A DNA stretch of 64,000 bases from a bacterium (GCA_023267635.1 JAHFMX010000001.1:3800-67799); one strand, 5' to 3'; numbered from the stretch's first letter, positions 10,061-19,717 are shown. Notes: generated by a model from the sequence alone, not told the origin. A program made the numbers and translations.

Positions 10061-10825
10061 TTAGTAGAGTATACGCAAGATACGGATAAATACATAGAGA
10101 AGGAACGTTGGATGGTAAGCGATACCGAGACGCACGCCTTCATAGAATAAAATGGAAAGTGTTTCAAACTTTTCTCCACGGGTTCGCTTTCTGAAGTTTA
10201 ATCCGTTACGTGCATCGTATCCGTCAGTGAGTGTGCTGTTGTGATTGTGGTAGAACATTTTCTCCGTGAGTCCTAATTGATAGAAGAAGAGCCACTCTTC
10301 TCCTTGCTTCACATGTATAGGAAAACGAATAAGATGAATAGCTGAAGTATTAATGGTATGAGTTACGTCACCCTTACATCTTTTCAAGAGAAGGTAGTCT
10401 CGTATGTATGAATATGAAGTATCAGACTTTTTGATCTGAGTGAGAGATGTACCGTCTTTGTCAGCTCGATTAGTGATAAACCAGCTTTTGTGAGGGTGAG
10501 ACAATATAAGTTCATGCAGAGAGGAAAGAGTGTCGGATGCAAAGTAATCATCATCGTCTAAAAAGATAATCCAGTTAGATTCTGATGAGACCTTATCAAG
10601 GGCTGTGTTACGTGTAAAATTTACACCGCTGTTGGTTCGGTTGGTGTGGTAGTGGATTCTAGAATCATTAATTGATGAAGCAAACGTTCTATACGTTTCG
10701 TCGGTTGGTGAATCATTAACGATAATCATTTCCCAATCTTGATATGTTTGTGCAAGCACTGATTGCACAGCTCGAACAAGCAAATCCTTCCGTTTATATG
10801 TTGGGGTTATGATACTGAATCGCAT
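10061..10825 (-). CDS. Glycosyltransferase family 2
   Basis: Canonical GT2 N-terminus FSIITPTYKRKDLLVRAVQSVLAQTYQDWEMIIVNDSPTD and a DDDD motif. Confidence 0.8.
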   Translation of the reverse strand: MRFSIITPTYKRKDLLVRAVQSVLAQTYQDWEMIIVNDSPTDETYRTFASSINDSRIHYHTNRTNSGVNFTRNTALDKVSSESNWIIFLDDDDYFASDTLSSLHELILSHPHKSWFITNRADKDGTSLTQIKKSDTSYSYIRDYLLLKRCKGDVTHTINTSAIHLIRFPIHVKQGEEWLFFYQLGLTEKMFYHNHNSTLTDGYDARNGLNFRKRTRGEKFETLSILFYEGVRLGIAYHPTFLLYVFIRILRILY

Positions 10826-10830
10826 AGAGA

Positions 10831-11529
10831 TTAAATGAACCCTAGAAGTTTTTTAAGGATTGGTTTAATACCAAGAAATTCAACTACTTTTTTCCCAATT
10901 CCGTAGATTCCAATTTTCTTAAAAAACTTATTAAGTGGATGACCCCAGGAGTAATGCCATAAGTGAACCCCGATAACTTCAGGCCCAAGATCTTGTCCTT
11001 TGTATTCATTAATGTGTTCACTATCGAATGGGTAGAAAACTTTTGGAGGATACACGACGAGCGCACTCTTATCTGCATAGTTTTCGTATATTTGAGAAAG
11101 AACACGAGGGATGGTGATTGATTCTTCGACGTGTGTATCATAAAAATCGCGACACTGTGTGATAAAAGGATGGCGAGGCACAGAGCCAATCATGCCTGCG
11201 CTAACAGTTCCAGGAGTTTCTTCTCCAAGTACACATGATGCTTCAGCAAGCGGAGAGAGAGATTGAAGCAGTAGCATGTCGGTGTCCAAATAAAATCCAC
11301 CCTCTGATTCTAGAATATGAAGACGAGCATAGTCTGCAACAAAGGCCCATCTTTTTTCATTGTACATACGAGAGGCAAACGGGAAATTTTCAAACGGAAA
11401 ATTAATCTCGTTCCATTCTTTTATTTCGAAGTCGGGGCATGTTTTTTTCCAACTTTCAATGCAGTCAATGATTGCATCGCTTTTTTCGTTATTACCAAAC
11501 CAGCAGTAGTGAATGACTTTTGGAATCAT
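10831..11529 (-). CDS. Glycosyltransferase with DXD motif (Gly_transf_sug / GT32-like), paralog of 9301..10056
   Basis: IPKVIHYCWFGNNEKS...FEIKEWNEINF. The start is trimmed to the internal M (ATG at 11529); the track lists up to 11601. Confidence 0.6.
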   Translation of the reverse strand: MIPKVIHYCWFGNNEKSDAIIDCIESWKKTCPDFEIKEWNEINFPFENFPFASRMYNEKRWAFVADYARLHILESEGGFYLDTDMLLLQSLSPLAEASCVLGEETPGTVSAGMIGSVPRHPFITQCRDFYDTHVEESITIPRVLSQIYENYADKSALVVYPPKVFYPFDSEHINEYKGQDLGPEVIGVHLWHYSWGHPLNKFFKKIGIYGIGKKVVEFLGIKPILKKLLGFI

Positions 11530-11575
11530 AGAGTTTATGCACCCATTATACCACCGTGGTATAATTTCCTTTACT

Positions 11576-12385
11576 ATGGGGAAAAGCCAACTTGAGCACA
11601 ATATTGCTGTTCATAATAAAATTGCCAAAAAGTACGAAGCGTTACATGGTGAGATTTATAATGAAGTAGAACAGACTCGTCTTAGACGGGGCTTGGAAAA
11701 AGCTTTGGCACACGTGGAAACAAAAAGTTCCACACTTGTTGCTCTTGATTTTGGGTGTGGCGCAGGAAACCTTACTTATCATTTAACGGAGCTTGGTTGT
11801 GAGGTGATTGCAGCAGATGTTTCAACTGGGTTTTTGAATCTAGTGGCGTCTCGAAGCTATAAAAAGAAAGTTACGACGATTCAATTAAATGGTACTGATT
11901 TGGAGGGGATTGCTAATGCGAGTGTGGACGTAGTTGCTATGTATTCTGTCCTTCACCACGTTCCTGACTATCTTTCTCTTATGAAAGAATTTGCACGTGT
12001 GCTGAAACCAGGAGGGGTTTTGTACATTGATCATGAGGCGTCCTCCTTTATGTGGAAAGGAAATGAGTATGAACATTTCCAATCAGAAATGAAGAGTAAG
12101 TCAGCTGTAGATTTTAAAAAATATTTTGTACTGACAAATTACATAGACAGAGGTATCAGAATGTTTGGTAATCCAAAGTATCAACGAGAAGGGGATATAC
12201 ATGTGTTTAAGGATGATCATATAGAATGGGGTGCTGTTCGGGATGAACTTGTAAAACATACAGTTATTTCAATTGAAGAAGAGGATTATCTTTTGTATAG
12301 AAGAAATTACAGTAAAGAGGTGTACGATCTTTGGAAGAACAAGATGGGGGACATGCATCTTTTGATCGGAAAGAAGGCTTTATAA
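11576..12385 (+). CDS. Class I SAM-dependent methyltransferase
   Basis: LDFGCGAGNLTYHLTELGCEVIAADVS (motif I) and VLHHVPDY...LKPGGVLYID (post-I/II). The track ORF begins at 11513; in-frame starts exist at 11513, 11537 and 11576. Confidence 0.7.
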   Translation: MGKSQLEHNIAVHNKIAKKYEALHGEIYNEVEQTRLRRGLEKALAHVETKSSTLVALDFGCGAGNLTYHLTELGCEVIAADVSTGFLNLVASRSYKKKVTTIQLNGTDLEGIANASVDVVAMYSVLHHVPDYLSLMKEFARVLKPGGVLYIDHEASSFMWKGNEYEHFQSEMKSKSAVDFKKYFVLTNYIDRGIRMFGNPKYQREGDIHVFKDDHIEWGAVRDELVKHTVISIEEEDYLLYRRNYSKEVYDLWKNKMGDMHLLIGKKAL

Positions 12386-12485
12386 GCAATACAAAACAGC
12401 TCGTGTCAACCAGAAGAGGAAGGCTTTTGTCGTGGTACACTTTACGTATTATTCAGATAGTACGTGAGTTTAATAATTATTTAGT

Positions 12486-14699
12486 ATGCAAAGTATTTTG
12501 AAGAAAGTGGTGTGGGGGTGTCTCTTACTCATTCCGTTTGTTGCGCTCTATGTAGCCAGCGGACATTCACTAGACCTCCTTAATCGGGGAACGTCTGGCA
12601 TGTATTTCCCATTCATTTCCGGTAAGAACATGGTGTTTAGACTGCTTATTGAGATTGCCTTCTTCGGGTGGGTAATCCTTGCTCTTAAAGATGCGAGCTA
12701 TCGTTTAAACATTCGGAAGTCGCCACTTCTTATTGCGTATTCTGTTTTTATGGTAATTATTCTTCTTGCTGATATCTTTGGGCTCGATCCATTTAAGAGT
12801 ATTTGGAGTAACTTTGAACGAATGGAAGGGTTCGTTGGGCACCTTCATCTCTTTGCATACTTTGTGGTGCTTTCAGCTATGCTTCGTACAGCTGCGGAGT
12901 ACGGAAAAATGTTTAAGGCGCTTATTGCTTCAAACATTGCAGTGCTTGTATTCGGATACGGGCAACTGCTTGGAGCAAATGGATACATCTTCTCGCAGCT
13001 CTTACCTTCCGTTGCTGCAAAGTTTTCAGCAGCGTTTCCAATTCACATGAGTGAGAATCGACTTGATGCCACGCTTGGAAACTCTGCGTACTTTGCTATT
13101 TACTGTCTCATGTTTATTTTCATCCTTGCTCTACGTTGGTCAGGGGAGAAAGAGGGAAAGAAAACATGGTTATATCCAACGCTTATCGCACTTAACCTCA
13201 TTGCGCTTTTCTACACAGGAACTCGAGGAACGCAAATCGGACTTCTTGTTGGAGGTTTTATGACGCTAGGGCTTATTGCTGTGGCTGAAAAAGGAAAGGC
13301 GAGAAAAGTTCTTGTTGGAGCCATCATTGCAGCTGTGGTTGTTATTGGTTCAGTGTTTGCATTTAAAGATTCTTCATTTGTTCAGTCATCTCCAACGCTT
13401 GCTCGTTTTGCAAGTATTTCCCCAACGGATTTAACAGGAATGAGTCGTTTGTCTATTTGGAAAATTAGTTACGAAGCATTTAAGGAAAAACCAGTACTTG
13501 GGTATGGACAGGATAACTTCAGCTATATCTACGCAAGCAAATTTCTTCCAGAGAAAATGTGGAATTTGGAGAGTTGGTATGACCGATCACACAATGTATT
13601 CTTTGACTGGCTTGTTGCTGCAGGAGCGCTTGGTCTAATCGCATATCTTTCTCTTTACGTCGTAGCACTTTGGCTTATGTGGAGAAAGAAGAATGATATG
13701 CCTTTCAGAGAGAGGGCCATTATCACAGGTGCGCTAGCTGGGTACTTTGTACACAATATATTTGTGTTCGATAACCTTGTAAGTTACATTTTGTTCTTCT
13801 TCTTACTTGCATACATTGCATTTAGAACAGGGACACAGGGTGAGGTATTGGGAGGAAAGGGGGTGAGTGATGATCAGATGAACATGTTGTACCTTCCTGT
13901 GGTTGGAATTTTGCTCGTAGCTACGTTATATGTTCTTGTATACCGTCCGTTTATGGTGAATAGACTTCTTGTGCGAGGTTTGGACATTAATCGACTTATC
14001 CAAACAATGCCGTTTGCAGATGCTGTAAAAGTACAGCAGGCAGCATTTGAGAAAGCTATTGCATTGCATACAGTGGGTTCTGAAGAAGCTCGTGAACAAT
14101 ATCTTCAGACAGCGGTAAGAATTGCACAGGTTACTATTCCAGAGGATGTTCCAGCTGAGGATAAACTAAAGTCAGTACAAGCAGTTAATTCTATGATTGA
14201 AGGGGCCCGTAAAGATATTGAGAATTCATATGAAGCTCATAAGAATGATGTACGCATGCTTTCTATCTATGGAATGTTCTACAACGGTATCGGAGATGGA
14301 GTTTCTGCAGAGAAGGTATTAACTCAAGCACATTTGGTTGCTCCTAAAAAGCAACTAGTGTCATTTGATCTTGTGCGAGCATATCTCCTTACCGGGAAAA
14401 CAAATGAAGCATACACACTTGCACGAGAGACGTTTGATAGTGCTCCAGCGTATGGTGATGCTGCAAAAATATACTTACTTTCTTCAGTGTATGTAAAGAA
14501 GTGGAGTGAGGCACGTGCCTACCTTACATCAAAAGGACAGACGGTGCCGTTTGACGCAGATATTCTAAGCGCTCTTGTAAGTACTAAACAAATAACACTT
14601 GCTATTCAGCTCTTGAATGAACTCAAGCAAACAAGCCCAGAATATACAGCTCAAGTGGATGCGTATATTAAACAACTTCTTGCAGCTCCTACAAAATAG
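12486..14699 (+). CDS. O-antigen ligase family (Wzy_C) membrane protein with large C-terminal soluble helical/TPR-like domain
   Basis: 737 aa; 10-12 TM helices in the N-terminal about 450 aa with a YTGTRGTQIGLLVG-type Wzy_C loop, followed by a hydrophilic C-terminal about 280 aa. Confidence 0.55.
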   Translation: MQSILKKVVWGCLLLIPFVALYVASGHSLDLLNRGTSGMYFPFISGKNMVFRLLIEIAFFGWVILALKDASYRLNIRKSPLLIAYSVFMVIILLADIFGLDPFKSIWSNFERMEGFVGHLHLFAYFVVLSAMLRTAAEYGKMFKALIASNIAVLVFGYGQLLGANGYIFSQLLPSVAAKFSAAFPIHMSENRLDATLGNSAYFAIYCLMFIFILALRWSGEKEGKKTWLYPTLIALNLIALFYTGTRGTQIGLLVGGFMTLGLIAVAEKGKARKVLVGAIIAAVVVIGSVFAFKDSSFVQSSPTLARFASISPTDLTGMSRLSIWKISYEAFKEKPVLGYGQDNFSYIYASKFLPEKMWNLESWYDRSHNVFFDWLVAAGALGLIAYLSLYVVALWLMWRKKNDMPFRERAIITGALAGYFVHNIFVFDNLVSYILFFFLLAYIAFRTGTQGEVLGGKGVSDDQMNMLYLPVVGILLVATLYVLVYRPFMVNRLLVRGLDINRLIQTMPFADAVKVQQAAFEKAIALHTVGSEEAREQYLQTAVRIAQVTIPEDVPAEDKLKSVQAVNSMIEGARKDIENSYEAHKNDVRMLSIYGMFYNGIGDGVSAEKVLTQAHLVAPKKQLVSFDLVRAYLLTGKTNEAYTLARETFDSAPAYGDAAKIYLLSSVYVKKWSEARAYLTSKGQTVPFDADILSALVSTKQITLAIQLLNELKQTSPEYTAQVDAYIKQLLAAPTK

Positions 14700-14994
14700 G
14701 GGTACAATTATGAGGTGAGCGCCAATTGGCGTGCCCACAAAATAAATGAATGCCTGCGCATTGGGTCATCTTCGGATGGCCCTTTACGTTTTTAAGATAA
14801 AATTACTTCATCTGCTTTGTTACGGAAGAATTTTTCGCCCGCGAAGTACTATCCGTACATCTTGGTTGAAAAATTCTTCCGTGCCTCGCATCTAAAGCAA
14901 TTTTATCTTAAAAATATTTGCAGACCTACCTAAAGGTGCTGTGATTTTTTGGAAACGTCCATTTTAAAGTGAGGAATAATGGTACACTTCTAAG

Positions 14995-15348
14995 ATGGAT
15001 ATCTGGAAACACGGAACGTATGTAGACATGTGGTCTATTGTTCACCTCTTATCAGGTTTTGTGCTCGCAGGACTTTTCTTTTTGTTTGGGTTTTCTTTTT
15101 CAGTTGCGATTATTGCGTCAGTGTTTCTTCTTCTGTTTTGGGAAGTTTTTGAGGCTGTTGTTAAAATTGTCGAACCATCTATCAACGTGATTGTCGACAT
15201 CATCATCGGGTTTGTTGGATTCTTGGTAGGAGCTCAGCTTTTCTACATCATGGGCTGGCCAGCATCACATGTACTGTATGGACTTGTTCTTACGATCGCC
15301 CTTGCAGTATGGGGATTTGTGGATTTCTTGAAGAGGGGATATAGGTAG
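14995..15348 (+). CDS. Small integral membrane protein (hypothetical)
   Basis: 117 aa, four hydrophobic helices; intergenic space lies on both sides. Confidence 0.4.
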   Translation: MDIWKHGTYVDMWSIVHLLSGFVLAGLFFLFGFSFSVAIIASVFLLLFWEVFEAVVKIVEPSINVIVDIIIGFVGFLVGAQLFYIMGWPASHVLYGLVLTIALAVWGFVDFLKRGYR

Positions 15349-15456
15349 GGTATACTAAGGAAGTGGAACTCATCGCAATTCGTTGCGGTGAGCGACCGCG
15401 CTCACATAAGGCACTTATTTTGGAGCATGCCACGCTCACCACCACGGTTTGCGAGG

Positions 15457-15496
15457 CAAAAGAAAAACGATATCGTAAGATATCGTTTTTCTTTTG
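15457..15496. terminator. Bidirectional rho-independent terminator between convergent genes
   Basis: Perfect 18-bp inverted repeat caaaagaaaaacgatatc/gatatcgtttttcttttg with a 4-nt loop (gtaa); the A/T runs are inside the stem, so it functions on both strands. Confidence 0.65.
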
Positions 15497-15503
15497 CTAC
15501 ACA

Positions 15504-16685
15504 TTAACAGTCCTCTATTGACCATGATCCATTCGCGATAATTTTTACTTTAGGTTTGGCGTCTGTAGCTATGTGAAGTAATCCAGTGGATGCAATCATG
15601 AGTCCATTGTCAGTTGAGAGTGCGTGGTCAGGTACAAAAAGAGTAAACCCATCACTCTCAGCTAGGTTTTTAAGAGCGTGTCTAATATGGGTGTTTGCAC
15701 TCACCCCACCACCAACAATAAGCGTCTTTGCACGAGTTTCATACATTGCCTGCTTTACTTTTGAAACCAACACGTCAGTCACTGCATTTTCAAATTCAAG
15801 AGCAAGCATTCTTTTCGTTATATCATCGATAGGTTTTCGCTTGTTTACACGAATAAGAACGGCAGTCTTTAGACCACTAAAAGAAAAAGCTAGATCGCCA
15901 CTATTAATCATAGGACGGGGGAGACGTAAATCCTCGTCTACTACTAGCCCTTCTTTGCGGGCATGCTCTGCAAGTTTTGAAATCTGAGGCCCTCCTGGAT
16001 ATGGGAGATCAAGCATTCTTGCTGCTTTATCAAAAGCTTCACCAACGGCGTCGTCTCGCGTTTTTCCTATAACTTTGTATGACCTCCATTTTGGAATACG
16101 AACAAGTTCTGTGTGTCCACCTGAAATAAGAAGAGCGACAGCTGGAACGTCCAGTTCAGGAATTTCGTAGTTTCCATCAGTATGTGAAAGTACACTTGCC
16201 ACAACGTGCCCTTCCATGTGATTGATAGGGTAGAGGGGGATATCCCACACCGTATGAAGAGCAAGAGCGCCACCAATACCCACCCACAACGCAGGCTCAA
16301 GTCCAGGTCCTGATGTTACAGCAATGGCATCGATAGCTGGTTTTTGTATACCTTCAAAGAGCACTTTCATTGCCGCTAGCATTTCAGGCTCTCGTTCTAG
16401 AAGCGTTTCTAATTTTTTACGTTCTGTGTTTGGAATGTGATGAGTGTTCGTACGCTCAATGAGGAGATCTGCTTCATCTAAACATTCAGCAATCAATTGA
16501 GTTAGCGCTTTAGCGTGTTCTCGTTTTGCAAGAGCTGGGAAAACGCCCCCGTATTGCGCATGAAGATCTACTTGGGAAAGAACCTTATGAGAAAGAACTT
16601 CAAAGCGCACCTGTTTGCCACGAAGTCGTTTTACAATCGATACTGCCGTTTCGTCACAACTTGTTTCAATCGCAAGGAGAATCAT
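15504..16685 (-). CDS. tsaD: tRNA N6-adenosine threonylcarbamoyltransferase
   Basis: MILLAIETSCDETAVSIV N-terminus and HMEGHV metal-binding motif (Kae1/TsaD signature); 393 aa, slightly long. Confidence 0.9.
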   Translation of the reverse strand: MILLAIETSCDETAVSIVKRLRGKQVRFEVLSHKVLSQVDLHAQYGGVFPALAKREHAKALTQLIAECLDEADLLIERTNTHHIPNTERKKLETLLEREPEMLAAMKVLFEGIQKPAIDAIAVTSGPGLEPALWVGIGGALALHTVWDIPLYPINHMEGHVVASVLSHTDGNYEIPELDVPAVALLISGGHTELVRIPKWRSYKVIGKTRDDAVGEAFDKAARMLDLPYPGGPQISKLAEHARKEGLVVDEDLRLPRPMINSGDLAFSFSGLKTAVLIRVNKRKPIDDITKRMLALEFENAVTDVLVSKVKQAMYETRAKTLIVGGGVSANTHIRHALKNLAESDGFTLFVPDHALSTDNGLMIASTGLLHIATDAKPKVKIIANGSWSIEDC

Positions 16686-16710
16686 AGAGTATGCAGTATA
16701 CCAGATTGAA

Positions 16711-17730
16711 TTAGTGGTCTGCTGGAAGTACGTTACTTATATTTTGAACCAGTCCTTGAGTTTCGTAATTACCCACAGTCAACCACGTAGGTAATCCAAG
16801 AGAACAAATTCCTTTTCCGTCTTTCGCTAACGCCATACCACCAGAATTACCACTATCAATTTTCGCAGATACGAAATAGTTCGGTTCCCCAGTTTGAGAT
16901 GTGTCATACCCAGAAATAATGCCGTTCGTTGCTGTTCTAAATACTGCAGGAACGGTTCCTATTGTTTCCAGAGTTACTGTTGAGTCTCTTTTTGCATAGG
17001 CTGGGTATCCGATAATAACAACAGGTGTTCCAATCGGAGTAGGAGAAGTACATTTTCTCACAGAAGATACAGAATAATTATAGTTCGCAATAGGAACACT
17101 TGTGCTTGAAAGAGATTCTCCAATAGCAAGAACTGCTTGATCAGTATGTACGTTGAATGTGTACACTGATGGGCTAAGTGAAAAGACTCCAGTCGTCGTG
17201 TTTGCATTACTTGTCATAACAACAACACATTTTTCAGCATCTTTCACAACATGGTAGTTGGTAAGTACTGCGCGCTCTAATTCTTTGAAAGTAAAAAGAG
17301 ACCCTGAACCACTTGTTATTCCTAGTGGTGTAGTACAGACGATTTGAACAACGCCTGTTACATACGGAGCAAGATCAGTAGAGGAAATAACAATTTCTTT
17401 TTGTATGTTTGATTGATCTTTCAGTGTTTGTGTTAGAGATTTTACTTGGGCATTTGTTTTTTCTGCTGCAGTCTTTGTTTTCTCAAGTTCGGTTTTAGCT
17501 TCAGTGAGTTCTACCTGTTGAGCTGATATAAGTTTATCTGCCTCTTCTTCCTTGCGAATACGTTCTTCTGTCTGTAGAGCCGCTAGTTCTTTCTGAATCT
17601 TTTCTGTGGTAACTACTTTTTGATAGAGCTTATACCCACCATAACTTACAGCAAGCATGGAAGCTAGAAAGAAAACGAATCCAATAAGAAGGATGTGCCA
17701 CGTGAGGGTAAGGGTAATTCGAGGCTTCAT
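16711..17730 (-). CDS. Membrane-anchored trypsin-like serine protease (S1-like) with coiled-coil linker
   Basis: N-terminal TM helix, then a heptad-rich segment (TEERIRKEEEADKLISAQQVELTEAKTELEKTK); TNYHVV (His region) and GNSGG (Ser region) trypsin-fold motifs. Confidence 0.5.
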   Translation of the reverse strand: MKPRITLTLTWHILLIGFVFFLASMLAVSYGGYKLYQKVVTTEKIQKELAALQTEERIRKEEEADKLISAQQVELTEAKTELEKTKTAAEKTNAQVKSLTQTLKDQSNIQKEIVISSTDLAPYVTGVVQIVCTTPLGITSGSGSLFTFKELERAVLTNYHVVKDAEKCVVVMTSNANTTTGVFSLSPSVYTFNVHTDQAVLAIGESLSSTSVPIANYNYSVSSVRKCTSPTPIGTPVVIIGYPAYAKRDSTVTLETIGTVPAVFRTATNGIISGYDTSQTGEPNYFVSAKIDSGNSGGMALAKDGKGICSLGLPTWLTVGNYETQGLVQNISNVLPADH

Positions 17731-17744
17731 GGGGTTGTGGGGGA

Positions 17745-18218
17745 GTGCTTGATAGGTTAGAGTATATCATGATGAAACTCCTGATTTTAAGCATTGGTAA
17801 GGGCAAGGATGCTCTTACAGATGACCTTATAAAGCATTTTGAAACGCGTATTTTACGCTATGTACCTATTGAATGGGTGTATCTTGAACATGAAAGCACG
17901 AAAGTAAAAGAAGGGGAGAAGCTCCTTAGTCATATTAAAAAGGAGGACTATGTGGTGCTGCTCGACGAAAAGGGGAGAGACATGAAAAGTGAAGCTGTGG
18001 CAGAACTCATAGAAAACAGAATGCTTGATTCAGTTAAAAGAATGGTCTTTATTATTGGTGGGGCATACGGCGTGTCAGATGCTATACACGTACGTGCAAA
18101 CTATACATGGAAACTGTCTTCGCTCGTATTTCCTCATCTTCTTGTGCGAGTTATTCTTGTGGAGCAGTTGTATCGGGCAATGACGATTTTAAAAGGAGAA
18201 AAATATCATCACGAATAG
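17745..18218 (+). CDS. rlmH: 23S rRNA (pseudouridine1915-N3)-methyltransferase
   Basis: KLLILSIGKGK..., VVLLDEKGRDMKSE, FIIGGAYGVSD, ...YRAMTILKGEKYHHE are SPOUT RlmH hallmarks; the real start is probably the internal M near 17772. Confidence 0.8.
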   Translation: MLDRLEYIMMKLLILSIGKGKDALTDDLIKHFETRILRYVPIEWVYLEHESTKVKEGEKLLSHIKKEDYVVLLDEKGRDMKSEAVAELIENRMLDSVKRMVFIIGGAYGVSDAIHVRANYTWKLSSLVFPHLLVRVILVEQLYRAMTILKGEKYHHE

Positions 18219-19155
18219 TTCGTAGGCTTTCTTTGATATCATCAAAGGTTTTCTCTCTGCATACATTCATAAGTTCTTCTTTATCTGCCGCTGTTAACGC
18301 TAAGCTTTTCCCTTGGTTAACTGAATACATGATAGCTTCTTTATCCTCCACATGACCAAGAGCGAGTGCGTGCCCTAATTCATGAATAAGTACACGTTTA
18401 AGTGCCACGGTATTTCCATATTCGTAAATAGTAATCATACGAGTGTTTGGGTCATATGTTCCTTCTTCGAATTCCCGCAAAGTGTTTTGGTTTAAGGTAC
18501 TAATTTTTTCATTAAGCGTACTGACAACCTGATTGTGGTCTTTGTCATAATTTTTGATACGTTCTACTAAGACATTGAAGCGAGCAATATTTGCATTCAG
18601 AGAAAGACGCTCTGTTTCTAGCGATGCTGCAGCGCGCTCAAGTCTCTGGTAGTCCTCTCGTGGCGCTCCGCCTTGTGAGTTCCAGTATTCTATTTCTTCA
18701 TTATGTTTTGTCAGTCTAGCGTTATAGGCTTTTGTTTGAGCTGTAATAGTATTCTCGAGCGCATCGTATTCCTTTTTTAAAGAATCAATGGTTTCTTTAA
18801 TGGTGCTGAGTTCTCCTTTTTCTTCGTCTATCGTTCTCTGTAGACGCTCATTCTTAATCGTGGTTCTTTGTCGTTCATCGTATACGAACGTAATCTGTAT
18901 ATCTCCTCCTGTTTCGACGTGCGTTAGTAATTTATTTTCTTTGTATGAAGCATTCCAAATATTTGCGGCTTCTTCGCTGTAGAGTTTCACTGTCTCCTTT
19001 GAAATAGTAAATTGAGGATCGATAGGTCCAACGCTAAATGTCTTAGGTAGGGCGCAGGGGTTTCTAAAAAAAGACTGTACTCCAATATATCCCGCATAGA
19101 CTATGCAGCAGATAAGTATAAAACTGAAACCTTTTTGTATAAAAGCGCGAACCAT
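18151..19155 (-). CDS. Membrane-anchored zinc metalloprotease of the metzincin type (HExxHxxGxxH) with coiled-coil region
   Basis: N-terminal TM helix; long charged heptad region; C-terminal IHELGHALALGHVEDKEAIMY is an HExxHxxGxxH motif with a Met-turn. Its 3' end overlaps convergent rlmH by 68 nt. Confidence 0.6.
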   Translation of the reverse strand: MVRAFIQKGFSFILICCIVYAGYIGVQSFFRNPCALPKTFSVGPIDPQFTISKETVKLYSEEAANIWNASYKENKLLTHVETGGDIQITFVYDERQRTTIKNERLQRTIDEEKGELSTIKETIDSLKKEYDALENTITAQTKAYNARLTKHNEEIEYWNSQGGAPREDYQRLERAAASLETERLSLNANIARFNVLVERIKNYDKDHNQVVSTLNEKISTLNQNTLREFEEGTYDPNTRMITIYEYGNTVALKRVLIHELGHALALGHVEDKEAIMYSVNQGKSLALTAADKEELMNVCREKTFDDIKESLRTIRDDIFLLLKSSLPDTTAPQE

Positions 19156-19420
19156 ACTTCCATTGTCATCTGTTTTCGACAGTCTGTCCAGAGATATGGA
19201 GTTTTAAGATTACAGCCATTCTTCGGTGGACTACGGGCACGAATTTTGGAATCAAGTTGCTAAAGAAATAGAATATTTAGCGTGGGTATTAAAAGAATAA
19301 TGTGCTAAAAATAAAGGTTAAATTAAGCGAACTTGCATTTGTGGGTTCAAACCTGTAGAGTAAGCGTTCTGAGGAGGTCTTAGTTATACACTGTGCAATA
19401 TACACACAAGTAGATATACT

Positions 19421-19450
19421 AGAAATACAAAACACCCCCAAAGGGGTGTT
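19421..19450 (-). terminator. Rho-independent terminator downstream of the small Cys-rich ORF (minus strand)
   Basis: aacacccc-caaa-ggggtgtt hairpin followed on the minus strand by UUUUGUAUUUC. Confidence 0.5.
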
Positions 19451-19474
19451 AGGGCAAAAGGAGGTTCGAGCTCC

Positions 19475-19717
19475 TTAAGCAGAACGCTTAAGCATAAGTC
19501 CTGTCACAATTTGTGATGGGATTTTTGCTTTCTTGGCGTGAAGTGCACAAGAACGGGTGTCCTTGATAGGCCAGCACTTGTGGCCATATGTTGATGCATA
19601 GCGACGCTTGCCCTTGCGGGTTACGTAAGCCACACAAATGTCTGCACATGTGCAGACTGGGTTTGAATTAGACATAAGTCTGTGTTCAATTTCCCACGAG
19701 GGTTGTCCTGACAGCAT
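19475..19717 (-). CDS. Small cysteine-rich basic protein (hypothetical; possible Zn-ribbon)
   Basis: 80-aa ORF (66 aa from the internal M) with CxC...C...C...C and many K/R; no confident match to ribosomal L28/L31/L33/S14 recalled; may instead be part of a non-coding region. Confidence 0.25.
   Translation of the reverse strand: MLSGQPSWEIEHRLMSNSNPVCTCADICVAYVTRKGKRRYASTYGHKCWPIKDTRSCALHAKKAKIPSQIVTGLMLKRSA

Noticed and set aside
19458-19476. T-arm-like hairpin AGGAG-GTTCGAG-CTCCT as a tRNA fragment or att remnant
   Set aside because: No acceptor, D or anticodon arms nearby. Its orientation is opposite to that expected for a tRNA-Val direct repeat. More simply it is a second terminator hairpin at the end of the small ORF.
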